Positions 24,701 to 37,700 of a DNA stretch of 64,000 nucleotides are shown piece by piece (position 1 is the first letter of the stretch; the number at the start of each line of letters is the position of its first letter). The DNA comes from Raillietiella orientalis (taxonomy: Eukaryota), in contig JAYWIR010000070.1 of assembly GCA_036172245.1 (NCBI GenBank), forward strand, positions 186,001 to 250,000, written 5' to 3'. The translations under genes were made by a program, and so were the position numbers. Below the pieces are notes generated by a model, which was given only the letters and a program-made list of their open reading frames with translations, was not told the origin of the DNA and did no database searches.

Positions 24701-25199
24701 CCTGGATTGGATCCCTACTCCATTTTCAGCACCTTAAGCTCAAAAAAACACGGAACACCTTTTCGCTCTCTCTTTGCTCTAGCGTCTACCAGATATGGAG
24801 GTGGAAGAGGGAAGCTTTTCAGAGTCTAACCAAGTAATGGATGGCGCACGGTTCCAACTGGATCCAATGCTTGCGAGCTGTAGCACTTTCACGAATGAGG
24901 GGACCGATTCTGTTCCAGGACACCATGTGTCCGGTACGCAGGGAACCCCTTCTCATGGGAAGGCAGGATAATCTGCATCATCGGCGTGGTATCCCTAGAG
25001 GTTTTGCCACGAAGATTGCCCATCGTCGTGGGATCGGTGGCCAATGGATCCAAGGGTTGCCGTGGCACCTGCATCAGTGGTATCGCTTTGGGGACAAGAG
25101 TAGCCCTCCATTTCCCCCCCCCTTCCTTTACACACACACACTCTGGATCGACTCTTTTGTGTCCCAAACAAATGCTGCAAGGGAACTACCAGAGGAACC

Positions 25200-25560
25200 G
25201 GAGGCGAGAACCAAGGGCACGTCGAAGACCCGTCGGGGATGCTGCTCAGCCCTCAGACCGCGCTCCGCCTTTCCTGGAAACTTCTGTTCCACGAAGCAAG
25301 GATTTTCCCCATCCTGAGCTGTATTCCGGCAAGCTGGAATCAGAAGATACTGGGACGATTCCACCGCCGCCAAATGAGTGCGTTCCCTCCGCTGACCTCG
25401 TGCCGAAATTCCCTTCTAGGAAGACCGATAGATGGTCCGTGGAGGGAAAGACAGTGACAAAGTCCTCGACGTGAGGCAGGGTTGCGTCGATGTCTCTTCT
25501 CCGCGACGTCATGACTTACAAAGAAAAGGCACTGGATGGATCCGGAACCACGGTCCAGAA
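25200..25560 (-). mobile_element. APE endonuclease C-terminal remnant of a LINE
   Basis: FWTVVPDPSSAFS...SRRRDID...STDHLSVFL resembles DxWR..P...SRID...SDH. Confidence 0.45.
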
Positions 25561-25859
25561 AGGAGAGTCGGTCAGCTCGATCTGTTTATCGATTTCTTGT
25601 AGTTCGCATTCTTGTGCTTTCCGGGCAATCATTTTGTTTTGTTTTCTGTGGTCAGTTCTTCAGCTACGTCAGTGGCTGTTCTCTGTTAGCTTCTGCTTCT
25701 GCTTTGCTCTTGGTCGTTCCTGTTTTCGGTTCCGCACCACCAAAAGGCCCACTTTTGGGCAGAATCAACGGAACGAGCTGTGATGGTAGTAGTAGGTGGC
25801 CCAAGTATTTAGTGCCTACCCCAGCGGTTCCATCCTGAGTGCCGAGAAGGCTCCATAAA

Positions 25860-27150
25860 AGCTCAAGAGGAAGGAATTTTCCTTCGTACGCTCGGGAAGG
25901 AACCCCGAAGGGAGCCATCTCTTCCTAATTATTTCCGGAGGGACCTTCCCTCATTTCCTCCGAAGTGACACAAAGTTCTCTGAAGGGCGCTCCCTGGGTT
26001 GAGCAACGCGCTTCTTGATACTCTGAAAAGGCAAACTCTCGAGGGGGATATCAATGAGCTCCATGGGTAAGAGATGGAAGATTTCCTTCGAAAGGAGGGA
26101 CGGCTCCATTTTCGCAACCGGAGGGGAACTCCGGAAGCAACCGACTCCTTGATTCCCGGATGGAACCCGAAGGGTCAACTTTCAATCCCGGCCAGTCCAC
26201 GAGGGCATCCAGTTTCCAGCTTCCACCAGTGCCGCACCTTCCCCTTAAAGTGGCAGGAGTCGGCGTTGATACTGCTGCATTGAGACATCCCGTGCAACGC
26301 CCATCGCCATCGGTGGACACGGATTTGTGTGAACCTGAACTGTGCAAGGTGTGGGGAGCGGGAATCCTTCCCGCACCTCCTAGTGCACTGTTTCCCTGTG
26401 CACCCTTTGGGGACGCTTTGCCGCGACCCTTGGAACCCCTGGCGGCAACCTCGGAGACGTTTCAAAACGCCTCTTCCTACCCGACGTCCCCTCGCCGGCC
26501 GCATTCCCAGCAGCACTTTGCTGCCCATGCGGCGGGATCGTGACTGCGTGGAGCAACGCCAAAGACCAGAACGACAGGGACGCCGTCAACTTTGCCGTCC
26601 TCTTCATGAGGATAACGTGTCAAGATGGCCCCATCTGGGAGTCTTGAAACAGAAACTCGCTGGCATCCTTACAAGGATGAGGAGGACGCCTTCCAGCACA
26701 CAGTAATCCCTTTTCGAACCGCCTCCCCCTCCACTCATTTCTTGACTGCATTTTTTTGTTTTTTTTGTTTTTCTTTTTGTTTGTTTCCCCTTCGTCTGTG
26801 CTGCTGAGGAGAACCCTGCTGGCCTGCGTACCAGATTGCTCACGGGCAGTATCGCCGCCGCTGACCTTCAGGGAGGCGCGATTATTGCTAGTTGAAAACC
26901 AGATCTCGGCAGGTTCCTTTTCGCATCCATAAGTAACGTGGCAGGATCAAACTTCCTGCCACAGACATGTAGGTTTATAAATAAACGCCCCGGTGCGACC
27001 GGCTGTCAATCAGCGCCGCATCATCTTGCGGCGGGCACTCGAAACCCACAACGCACCTCCGTTCTCGGCGTCCACCCTTCCCAGAGCGGGATTCGAACCC
27101 GCAACGTTTGGTGCCACGCGAAGAGGCCGCAGCCACGCTGCAGCCAACGC
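25860..27150 (-). mobile_element. SINE copy (head 27150-27003, body 26235-25860) split by an L1/Tx1 insertion
   Basis: Head and body join seamlessly when compared with 19190-19500. Confidence 0.7.
26236..27002 (+). mobile_element. 5'-truncated L1/Tx1 copy nested in a SINE
   Basis: FPLKWQES, CARCGERESFPHLLVHC and WPHLGVLKQKLAGILTRM; ends AATAAACGCCCCGGTGCGACCGG. Confidence 0.85.
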
Positions 27151-27400
27151 AGGAGGTCACTTTTCAGGTGCATTCGCAGCTTCTGAAAATCCACCAAACT
27201 TGGGAAAAAGGTATTTAGCGCATCCATCTGCTGCCAGGATGAGAGATCACAATCGATGATCAAGCTAGCCTTGTTCAGGGTGTCTTCCTCCGACGGATAG
27301 GCATTGAAAAATTCTGAACGGTTTCCCAAGATGTTCATAGGCTCCTGACAAGATTCAGGACTCAGGTTCAGAATTTTCAACCTTCATTCAGGACGGTTTA
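27151..27400 (-). mobile_element. Utopia/NeSL-type RT C-terminal fragment, cut at the inverted-repeat boundary
   Basis: IIDCDLSSWQQMDALNTFFPSLVDFQKLR ~ IxxSxLxPWQKxDAxxxFxxPxLxFxLR. Confidence 0.55.
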
Positions 27401-27479
27401 TTCTTCATTCATTTTTAGTCTTCATCGGTCTCATTGTGCTAGGTAACTTGGTAGAGTAATCCAACTCCCAACCCTTCCC

Positions 27480-29800
27480 GGGATTGATGTTCAACCAGCT
27501 CCAGACGGTCCTCTGTCAAAGACTGACTGATGGCAAGGGAGTTCTCCGTTTTCAGGCAATAATCAGAAGTTTGAGAAAAGAAGAAAGTCGATTCATTGAG
27601 CTCATCACCTTACCGAAGATGAGCTCGTTCCATTGCTCACTGGAGAAATCCCTGCCAAGGCACGAAAGTTCTTTGCGTTCCAAAGAGTGAATTCAGGTGT
27701 GCATGGCGAGCCAGAGCGAGGGATATTAGGAAGGGTGGGCAAAGATATTCAAAAGCCTTTTCTTGTCTGGAAATGAACAGCAGAGAGAGAATGTCATCCA
27801 GGCTGGTTCAGTGTTTCGAATTTCGAATTAAAGATGTCTTAGAGATCCAAGTACTTCATCATTTGTATTTTGCAGTATGGGATCTATACCTGGATTTTGC
27901 CTATATTTTTTTTTTTTTTTGGAAATCGGTCTACAGCATCTTTCCAGACAACAACCGCCATCCTCGAAGACAGACATAACAGATCCACAGCCGATTTTCT
28001 CCGATTTCCCTACCACTTCTTGTCATTAATTGGATCTGACTGTGCCTCTGCCATTGATAAAGGCGCGTAAGCAGAATGTGTTCGTCATTTTCAGACTGAT
28101 CTGGTCTCTCTCGCTTTCGATCCTGGTTAACTTGATTTTCTATTCCTCAAAAGGCTTTTGCCTACGTTCCACTGTTTTCAAGCGTCCTGATTGTCTCTTG
28201 CTCAGCTCCAGCAGCCTGAGGCAGCCAGGAGAATCAGTAGCCGGCTACTGATTTTCCTTGCAGTCCAAATTTTACGATGCTTCTAAGTACTCTTCAAAGA
28301 TGGAGGGTTTTGCAAGTTTGCTTTTTTATTGGTTTGCCCTTGACTGGCTTTCGACTCGACTCGGAGCTACACTTTCCAAGAATGTTCTTTCCTCAGTGAA
28401 GAGCATTGAAGAATGGCTCAAACAGAACGTAACTCTGACTTAAAGGAAGAACTTTTCTTCACTGTAGGGAAAATGAAAGATTAAAAGGCTTCCTGGAATG
28501 AAGGACGTTCATGCAGCATCTGTAGTTCATGGCTATGAACTCCCGAGAACTCCAAAAGACTAACAAAGGAGTTCTCCATTAATGCGAAGTCCTCGATGCA
28601 CCAGCAGGATCTCTGGGTACTGGCAGGAGTGCTCCGGAAGTCAACACATTATTCCAGAAGGAAGTCTGATATTTGGCGTGCAGTGCGGGAAGACGTCGAG
28701 AAATATCCTTCTCTGATACCATCGTTTTTATCGACAGTCTCCATCAGTGTGGCCATCGAGACGCTACACCGTGCCGATGGGACTCCAGAGGCAGTCGACC
28801 TTGGTGGCATTTTAGAAGCATGGGTGACTGCACGACAGGGATTTCCCCAAAGCTGTCCTGAATTCTAAGCAGCTCGGGGCTCCCAGCTACGAGTCCTTGT
28901 CTTGGCACATGGCATTTTTTGTTTTTTTGAATGGAAATTTCGCCTACGGATGCTAGAAAACAGCATCTCTTCCCCCGAGTGAGGACGCTCGCGAACTCTT
29001 CCTGTGGTACTTCTTCTCCTATAAGGACGGAAGCCGATCTCGACAGCGCTCCCTGGGATTTCGCCCGTAGTCAGCCACAACAGGGCATTCCCTCGGACAT
29101 GTCTTTTCTCGGTTTAACTCCGATCTAAGGAAATAAGGAAGCTGTTGTCAGGAGATCACTCCAGTCCCTCTTTGTTAGGTGGCATCCTCGGTTCACTGAG
29201 CAACATCCTGTGGCTAAAATCTGCGGAAAGAGACCAATAAGTCTGCGATATTTTTGTTCGTGAACTCTGGAAACACCGTTCAAGCGTGATCCGAAATCAG
29301 GGGAATGAATACATGGTTCCTCTTTCCCTGGAGATAGGTCGGGGATTATTATCCGCAGTCTCTGATGCCCCAGTCTCCGATCTCTGTTCCAGACAATACG
29401 TGGCATCTCTCCTTTCGAAGCGTCCTCCCGGAATGCAGGAAGAGACAGCAATGATGCGGTGGCACTGAATGGCTGCTTGTTTCTGAGACTTGCATCTCAC
29501 AGGATCTCAAATGTATCCTGCGGATGGGATTGTCCAAAGGGCGGCCTCTGGCACCGTATGGTGGTGCACGCGATCCCTAGGAAACGCTTCTGACGCATCC
29601 ACTTCATTTGCTTTGGAGTTGCGTTGGAAACCAGAGATTTCTTATACTCTGATCTCTCCAACGCACTTCTCAAGAACCTCTCCTTTATTTTTGCTTTTTT
29701 TACATCTCCTTAAGAACCCGTGCCCTTCGAATCTTGCCTCCAAATCGATGGATAAATGGCACCTGCATCCAGCCTCAGTCTTGCCTCAACCACTCTGCAG
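27480..29800 (+). mobile_element. Heavily decayed L1-type ORF2 (different subfamily)
   Basis: EELFFTVGKMKD*KASWNEG (~EEL..KAPGxDG), TARQGFPQSCP (QGCP motif) and SLLGGIL (~LSLxGRI), in order. Confidence 0.5.
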
Positions 29801-30349
29801 CATCGTCTACCCTGCACCTACCAAACAAATGCACAAATGAGGACCTAAAGCTGTAAAGCGTGATTAAAGTCTCGCCTGCAGGCTCCAGAGCTAGAGAGAG
29901 AGATTTACCAGAGATCAGGGGTTTTTGCTCTGATTCGTCACAGAAGGCAGTATGAGTCAGTAGTGAAACAGATCATAATTTAGGTCATCGGAAGGGAAGC
30001 ATTCAGTTTGCAAAGCAACAGGGATCTTGTTAAGCGTACATGGTGCTCCTAAAAGATAACTTGAAGAGGAGAAGCTGAGCAGAACCCCATTGCGATTTCT
30101 GGAGCAGTTGGTCCTTCTTGATTTCGCAGATACAATCATTTGATGACGCTTTGGTACTAAAAAAAGGAGTTCGCTTCCTTGAATCTGTCAAGCCCTCCGC
30201 CGCTAGTTCTCTCGGTAAAATCCGCAATGATGATGGCCTCTGCGCTGAAGACTCGCCCTGCTTCTCCGCTTCTTGCTGCAGAACGACGTCGGATGGCAGC
30301 ACGTCTTTCTCCTAAGACGTAGATGTTTCTCGGAAGAGGACTTCCGTGC

Positions 30350-31100
30350 TCTTTCTTCTCGGTGGTTCGTAGGCCAGAGCACGTCCCGGTCCTCATGGTT
30401 GCGTGGGTGCGATGGCACATGGAGAAATTGGCGCCTCCATTTTCTCTCGATGACGAGTCCGTTCGTGGCGGTCGGCTCTCGGGAGGCAGCGGGCTACTCT
30501 GGTAGCTCGAATTTTCCCCTGACACGCATTCTTCGATGCAGAGAGTGCTTCGTGCGGCAGTCGTCGGCCGCTCCGCTCTGTGAGGAACTGTGCGGTCCTC
30601 ACAGAGGCTCCAGAAATCATGAGGAATGACGAAGGTGTAGGCAGGCGAAGTGGCTGCCGACAAGATCAAAGCAGTCTCTCATTCCACAAGTAGAATCGAG
30701 GCTCCCGTCGATGCAAGGACTGGGAAAGTAGCGCCTACCCTGCTCATGCGCCGAACTCGAAAAACCACTACGGGTGACGGGTGAGAATACCCGGGCTGCA
30801 AACCTGAGAGTGCTCGGGTCGCAGGAGGTTGGGAGTGCCGACCTTCGCCGGCTGAGCGAACGCGACTGCCTCCGCGTGACGTGTGGACGACAGTTTCGTA
30901 TCCAGGAAATGCCGCGCGCATGCCTAGCATGACAGAGCATTGCGTGTATTGCGTCGTCCGTAGGAGCATTTGCACGCACCGTGCGTGCGCGCACACTCGC
31001 GCAATGCGCGCAGAAGCGGTGATCGCACCCGCTGAGCACTCATTTGCCACGCTTACGGACATGTCCTGTTGGCACGGTTCCGCGCTCGTAGCTTCAAGAC
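30350..31100 (-). pseudogene. Possible RING/RBR E3-ligase-like pseudogene
   Basis: LSGCDHRFCAHCA (RING CxHxFCxxC) and a downstream NFSMCHRTH..TC; otherwise unrecognisable. Confidence 0.3.
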
Positions 31101-32809
31101 CAGTCATCCGCGTCGCCTGTGCCTTGGTCTCTTAGAAACCTCAGCCCGCGTTGGCTGCAGCGTGGCACCAAACGTTGCGGGTTCGAATCCCGCTCTGGGA
31201 AGGGTGGACGCCGAGAACGGAGGTGCGTTGTGGGTTTCGAGTGCCCGCCGCAAGATGATGCGGCGCTGATTGACAGCCGGTCGCACCGGGGCGTTTATTT
31301 ATAAACCTACATGTCTGTGGCAGGAAGTTTGATCCTGCCACGTTACTTATGGATGCGAAAAGGAACCTGCCGAGATCTGGTTTTCAACTAGCAATAATCG
31401 CGCCTCCCTGAAGGTCAGCGGCGGCGATACTGCCCGTGAGCAATCTGGTACGCAGGCCAGCAGGGTTCTCCTCAGCAGCACAGACGAAGGGGAAACAAAC
31501 AAAAAGAAAAACAAAAAAAACAAAAAAATGCAGTCAAGAAATGAGTGGAGGGGGAGGCGGTTCGAAAAGGGATTACTGTGTGCTGGAAGGCGTCCTCCTC
31601 ATCCTTGTAAGGATGCCAGCGAGTTTCTGTTTCAAGACTCCCAGATGGGGCCATCTTGACACGTTATCCTCATGAAGAGGACGGCAAAGTTGACGGCGTC
31701 CCTGTCGTTCTGGTCTTTGGCGTTGCTCCACGCAGTCACGATCCCGCCGCATGGGCAGCAAAGTGCTGCTGGGAATGCGGCCGGCGAGGGGACGTCGGGT
31801 AGGAAGAGGCGTTTTGAAACGTCTCCGAGGTTGCCGCCAGGGGTTCCAAGGGTCGCGGCAAAGCGTCCCCAAAGGGTGCACAGGGAAACAGTGCACTAGG
31901 AGGTGCGGGAAGGATTCCCGCTCCCCACACCTTGCACAGTTCAGGTTCACACAAATCCGTGTCCACCGATGGCGATGGGCGTTGCACGGGATGTCTCAAT
32001 GCAGCAGTATCAACGCCGACTCCTGCCACTTTAAGGGGAAGGTGCGGCACTGGTGGAAGCTGGAAACTGGATGCCCTCGTGGACTGGCCGGGATTGAAAG
32101 TTGACCCTTCGGGTTCCATCCGGGAATCAAGGAGTCGGTTCCCTTCAGGGTTCCCTTTGGGAATTTTTAGTGTCGGCATCGTTTCAGCTCTTCCATTCTT
32201 CGACGATAGCAGCAACCATTTCCCATCACAGATTCTGGTAAAGTATGATGGCACCTCCAAAGAATGGCCAGCACCAAAGAAGGGCACACGGGATCCGTAT
32301 GCTCTTGCACGCCACGCTGAAGCTACAGATGCCACGCCTCTCTGGAAACCTGTCCCCACTTTGCTGCTGTTTTGTTATCGGCAAATACTTGCCTCCGACG
32401 TCGAGCCAGCGGATTCCGCATGCTGCAGGCGCCTGCTGGCCAGCACGCACAGGTTGGCATCCGGGGTCCCAAACTTAGCACGCTCCCTGCAGCAAAATTT
32501 CCGCTGTGGTCCAAAACCGCGGTCTTGGACCATAGGAATCCCATCCTATACGTCTCGCGAAAGTGCTGAAGACAACGCATTCATTTTATTCTCCAATGGT
32601 AAATATCTCTTCTTAACCCGTACACCTGCTACAGATCAAGCATGGTGAACTCCAGCATGCAAATCGGGTCACGGGTTGCACGATTCAGTGGGAATAACAT
32701 CGCTCAGTAAGCCCAGTATAACGGTCGACGGAGTCATCTTCAGCAGCATTATGAGGAGAAAATTTACCTCCGGCGCGAGAGCACTGCAGAAAGAACGCGC
32801 ATGACAATC

Positions 32810-33520
32810 CTTCTTCTCTGTCTTTGCTGTTCCACGCCTTTCGAAGGTGTGTGTAATTCTTCAAGATAGGGGGTACTCGGGAGGGGTCCCGCCCTATGAA
32901 TCCAGGACGGTCTCGGAGTCCTTTCTCCTCACGCCTGGGAAGGGATACCCGAAGGGAGCCCCCACCCTGGTTCTCTCCGGAGGGACCCTCGGAGGGGTCC
33001 GCTCCATTTTTTCTTCTCCGGAGGGAACCCGGAAAGGAGCCGCTAGGAGGAATTTCTTCTCCGGAAGAAACCCGCAAGGGAACTGCTCCCTGTTTACTCC
33101 TCTGAAGAGAACCCCGAAGGGATGCTTCCTAATTTTCTCTGAAGGGCGCTTCCCCGAAGGGATCGTCTCGCTTCTCTGCACTCTCTGGAGCACTGACAAC
33201 ACACTTGCTCCATTAGTACGACGCGGAGGATCCATCTGGAATGGGAGTCCGCTCCTTTGCACAGCTGGAGAGGAATAAACTCCCACTCCTTGATTCCTGG
33301 AAGGACCCGAAGGTCGACTCCCATTGTCACAGCCCTCATCGCGGACATTCGGTTTTAACCGCTATCAGTGCCTCACCCGAATGAATGGAGGCCAACCAGC
33401 GTCATCTTGAAGGAGGAGCTCGAACCCACGACACACTGCGTCGATTCATTTCGGGGTATTCGCACCCGCGACGCTTGGTGGTGCCGCGGGCGGAGACCTC
33501 AGCCACACGGCCGGGCAGAT
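32810..33520 (-). mobile_element. Near-complete SINE copy
   Basis: Decayed tRNA head (GCGGGTGCGAATACCC; GTGGGTTCGAGCTCC) followed by the family body with ~40-bp internal repeats. Confidence 0.75.
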
Positions 33521-33534
33521 GTCAATCTCTAGTC

Positions 33535-34395
33535 CAAAAACACATCAGTCAAGGAAAAGCCATGCAGTTTCTGGGCGTCCATCACATATCAAGCTTCTTC
33601 CTCGCCAATGGAGATTACCTGAGATTCCAGGACTACGGATTCATCCACGCAGCCAGACTAAACGTCCTATCAGTCAGTGCGGGGTTTAGGATGAAACCAG
33701 CGGAGCGAGGATGTCGGCGTTGCCGGACGGGAGACGAAACGCTTTCTCACATATGAAACAGATGCAGGAGGCACTTCCATCTATCCATTGCGCGATGTGA
33801 CGTGATTCAAGAGATGATCAGCATGGACGCGATGGATGAAGTAAAGTGGACCCTCGAGTCCACTAACCGAGAGCACCAGGAACGGATTCCCCCTTCAGAC
33901 AGGACATAGTGATGTAAAAAGGAAACCGGATGATAGTTCTGGGCGTCTGCTGCCCGTACAAGGGTGGAGAAGAGACGTTCAGCACAGCTAGTGGGAAAAA
34001 ACAGGAAAGGTACAAAGAAGTAGCCTTCCAGCTAAGCAGAAGAGGGAAGCAATGAAGAGTTCATGCTTCCAGCGTTGCCTTTCTGGAAGCCTGGGATCCA
34101 GGTAACGAAAAAGTTCTGCAGGATCTCGAAATTCCGAAAAAGCACTTGGGGACGCTGAGGCACCGGATGGTGGCTTCGTGCATCCCAGCAACACCTATGG
34201 AGCCCATGTCACGAGGGACCTACAGCCACATACAGCCGGAGAACCCAGAGGTGAGCCCTCGAGAGACGGAAGCTCAGGAAGCGACATGCTCAGGGGCGAC
34301 GAGTCCCTAGATGAATAGAAGAGGGATTCCGGAAGAATGTCAAGAGTCCCATCTGTAACGTGTTGTATAATAGTAAATCTATGTAATTAAAAGAC
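33535..34395 (+). mobile_element. Utopia/NeSL-type retrotransposon 3' part (zinc knuckle plus restriction-like endonuclease)
   Basis: QGK..FFLANGDYLRFQDYGFIHAARLNVL, CRRCRTGDETLSHI*NRC, FRQDIV, VCCPYKGGEETF..KKQERY, AWDP and LRHRMVASCI. Confidence 0.85.
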
Positions 34396-34757
34396 ATCAA
34401 CCACTCGTAGACCGGTGTTGTGCCGAAATGAAAATTCTACCCAAAAGATGGGACTCAAGCCTCGTCGTAGGTCATGATTTGCAGTTTCTCAAACGCTCTC
34501 GGATCCGGAAGAAACAGGTGAGAGCTCCGTCAGAGAGGGCACTACTGGAGCTGCACACTTCGCTTTCGAAATTACTGGCGGCGAAGGATGCCGGAAGTCA
34601 TGAAGCATGCGATCCTTCAGTTTGAATCCTGGAAGGATTCCGTGCACTACCAGCTTTCTACCAGCACTCATGGAGGATGAGAACAGTAGGGGTACCACCG
34701 AACACACCAACAGCATTTCTCTTCACTCCATTTCGATCACTCATGCGCGGGAATTCG

Positions 34758-37700
34758 CTCGCCTCTCAGATCTCAAATTATCAAGAGCGTGATGTTATCG
34801 TTAGGAAGCGTCCGTTCGCGGCTGAGGCGAGAACGTGGAGCGACATGCGGAAAACCTCCTCAGCGTCTAGAACCAAAGATGGGATGCAGCACCTGCACTC
34901 ATATACGTAGATCTGATCAACACCAATCATCACATTCATGTCATTTCCTGAAACTGCCTCGCAGAGACAACCGCGGACGTTTCGAAGAGCACCTTGGCCT
35001 TCGTGGCGCTCCTGGGGTTCCGTCTGCCCGTGAACCCGATGGGCATTCCCACACCCACCTGACTCCCAGCGATTGAGAGATGACGGATAAAGTCTCCAGC
35101 GAAGAGACGGCAAGGACCACAGACGTCTACGAATTTCGTCCTCAAAAGGCAAAGGGGATTCATCATCACCAGCATACATATGCCTACGAGGTTGACATCC
35201 ATCAGGAAGAAAAACCAGGAGCAGCCACCGAAAAGAAGTCGAACGTTGCCGGCTTCAGCAGTCAAACACGTGGATGGAGGAATCGAGAAAGCGACGAGAG
35301 CAGATGACGCAGCCGCCTGCATCCCCCATCCGGATATCCCACAGCTACGTAGGCAGGCATCCTCCTCTTTCCACGAAACGAGAAACGCGCGCGCCCCTCA
35401 GAGTGGCGAGATGAGATCGCGCACCTCGGCAGCTGCAGCCGCAGCACCACATGCAGAGGAGCCGCGGGACACCCATTGCCAGGACAGACGGTTCCACGTG
35501 CTGGACTTTGGAGAGGAAGACCGCGGTACCGGAACGTAGAGGAGCGGCATCCGCGCGCTCTCGGTCCTGTGGGTTCCTCAGGCCGCCTTCTCGTCCCTTC
35601 GCTTAGGAATCGCCACTGGAAGCCCCCACACCCCACTGACGGGATCGCATTCGTAGCGCGCTGGTTGCGAACGTCAAACAGCCCTAGACTCCCTCCCCTC
35701 CAAGCACGCGTCCGCCGACAGGTCCACTACGCGTCGTTTGTCGTGCGCCTCCGCACGCCGCTCGGCGTTTCTCGCCGTGGCCATGCGTGAACGAGGAACG
35801 CTTGGGTCCTGGGCGGGGTCAAGACGGGAAGGAAGCAGCTCCTACCGCGACCCTTTGAAGTCCGAGGTTGGCTTGAGACAGCGGAAGCTGGGGACAGAAA
35901 GTTGGCGGCCGCGTGGAACCAAGCGTTGCGGGTTCGAATCCCGCCCTGGGAAGGGTCGACGCCGAGAATGGGGGATGAGTCTTGGGCTTGGAGTCCCCGT
36001 CGCAAGATGACTCTGGCTTCGGGAGCGGCACCGGCTCAAGCCGCAAACCGGATGACCTCGTCGATCCTTTCGGGAATCCAGGAGGTCTCCTCGGGCTGCA
36101 GAAGGAGCGCCGTCCCTCCCTCCGAAAGGGGACCCACCATATCATAACCTTGGAGCTGGTCGATGCACCCCTCGGAGGTCTCCAGAGTGTCAGAAGAGCG
36201 CTGCTCCTTTCGGAGTTCTCTTCGGAGGAGTACCAACAAGGAGCGGTTCCCTTGAGGCGGGTTTCCTTCGTAGAAGAAACTCCTTGAGGAGTGTCTCCCT
36301 TCGGGAGGTCCCTTCCTCCGGAAGCCCTTCTGGATTCATAGGGTAGTCCCCCAACACTCGGAGAGTCCTACGCACTCCTCGAGTAGTGGCGTGCACAGAG
36401 TTGAAGGGATTCGCGACTCCCACCCCCATCCCACCCCTTCTCCAAGGAGGTGGGCAAACGGCTCTCGAGTACCCGGCGACAGCGGAAGTAAGGAAGACGG
36501 CTCCCCACCTTCTCCAGATGAGAAGCATGCTGCGCCTCGCAGACCGAAGAGATGGCGGTTTGTCCTCACGGTTTCGCTCCAACTCGCAGCGAGGAATCTT
36601 TGAGAGGATGTCCACGCTCCGGGAAGCCGCAGAGGAGGATCTCGCGGTTCGCCCTGTAGCGAACGGGCGTCCACGAAACGCCGCGCTGAGGCAGCGACTG
36701 CCGAGACGGCTCAGCCGCCTTATCTTGAAGGAAATGCCGTGAGTTGAAGGACTTCTTACGACACGGATCGTAAGGAGGAGCACCTCGCTTGGCTCCTGGT
36801 AGGCCGAAGCCTGCGCTCCGTGTTCGCCGAAGCCGATCCGGTGCCTCGTCAACAACGGCCGCCGCCGCCCGAGGTTTCATGCAGGTTCTCCCGCTGCGCA
36901 CAGGTGCTGAGGGTGCTGCTGGCAGGCGACGGAGAGGTGAAGCTCGCAAGCGGCCACGCTCATGGCTCCGCCGCAGCATCCCGAGATCCGGAACGAAGCA
37001 CTCCATTCCACCCCCGCGCCGAGCGCTCTCTCCTTCCGGGCGGCCCTCGATGACGTTTCCCTTTCGCAGTAGCCCGCTTCCGTCGCCATGGAGAGCTGCC
37101 GTCGGCTCGAAGGACCCGAAGGCATCTCCCGAGCCGACTCCGTGCAGAGACGTCGAACGCGCGTTCCCGAAGCGGACGCGCGGGCGGGAAGAGGCTCACG
37201 AAGCGGCGGACTCGTTCCTCCCCGCGCACGAAGAGAGAGGGGAACAGTTGAGGAATGCGTCGTCCACTCCGTATGGCTTTCCAAGAGTTTCTCGGTTTCC
37301 GGAACGGATGAAAGGAAGGCCTCTTTCCAAGCCGATCGACCGGGGGTCGTACGTAACCTTCGCCCAGCTCGCACGTCCGTGCGGAGGAAAGTTCGCAGCC
37401 AATTCCTCTTCCTCTTGTGCACGGCGGGCCTCCTCCGAAAGTTCGCTTCGAACATGGTTCTTGCTGGCAAGGAAAAGTTGTTCTGCGCGCGCGATCATTA
37501 TGAACGATCGCTTCTTGGCAGTCCTTAAGCAAACACAGATTCGTAGGATTGCGGTCGCGTGGATCACTATCCTTACGCTAGCCAGTCGTGACAGTTCCTC
37601 GAGCAGCGTTCTCAAAATGCAGCCGGCAGCCTTCCTCGTCGTGAAATGGGATAATCTGAATCTTCGATTATTTGATAGCATCACAAGCGACGCTACGGGA

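Larger units (their letters stand above)
26139..32140. repeat. Inverted duplication: 26139-27150 and 31148-32140, about 4.0-kb spacer
   Basis: The ORF track gives identical peptides on opposite strands. The only difference noticed is a 19-bp indel (27120-27138) between GCCACGC direct repeats. Confidence 0.97.

Noticed and set aside
34360..34420. U2 target after the 33.5-34.4 kb Utopia-like copy
   Set aside because: No TCTGTTCTTA-like sequence follows its 3' end.
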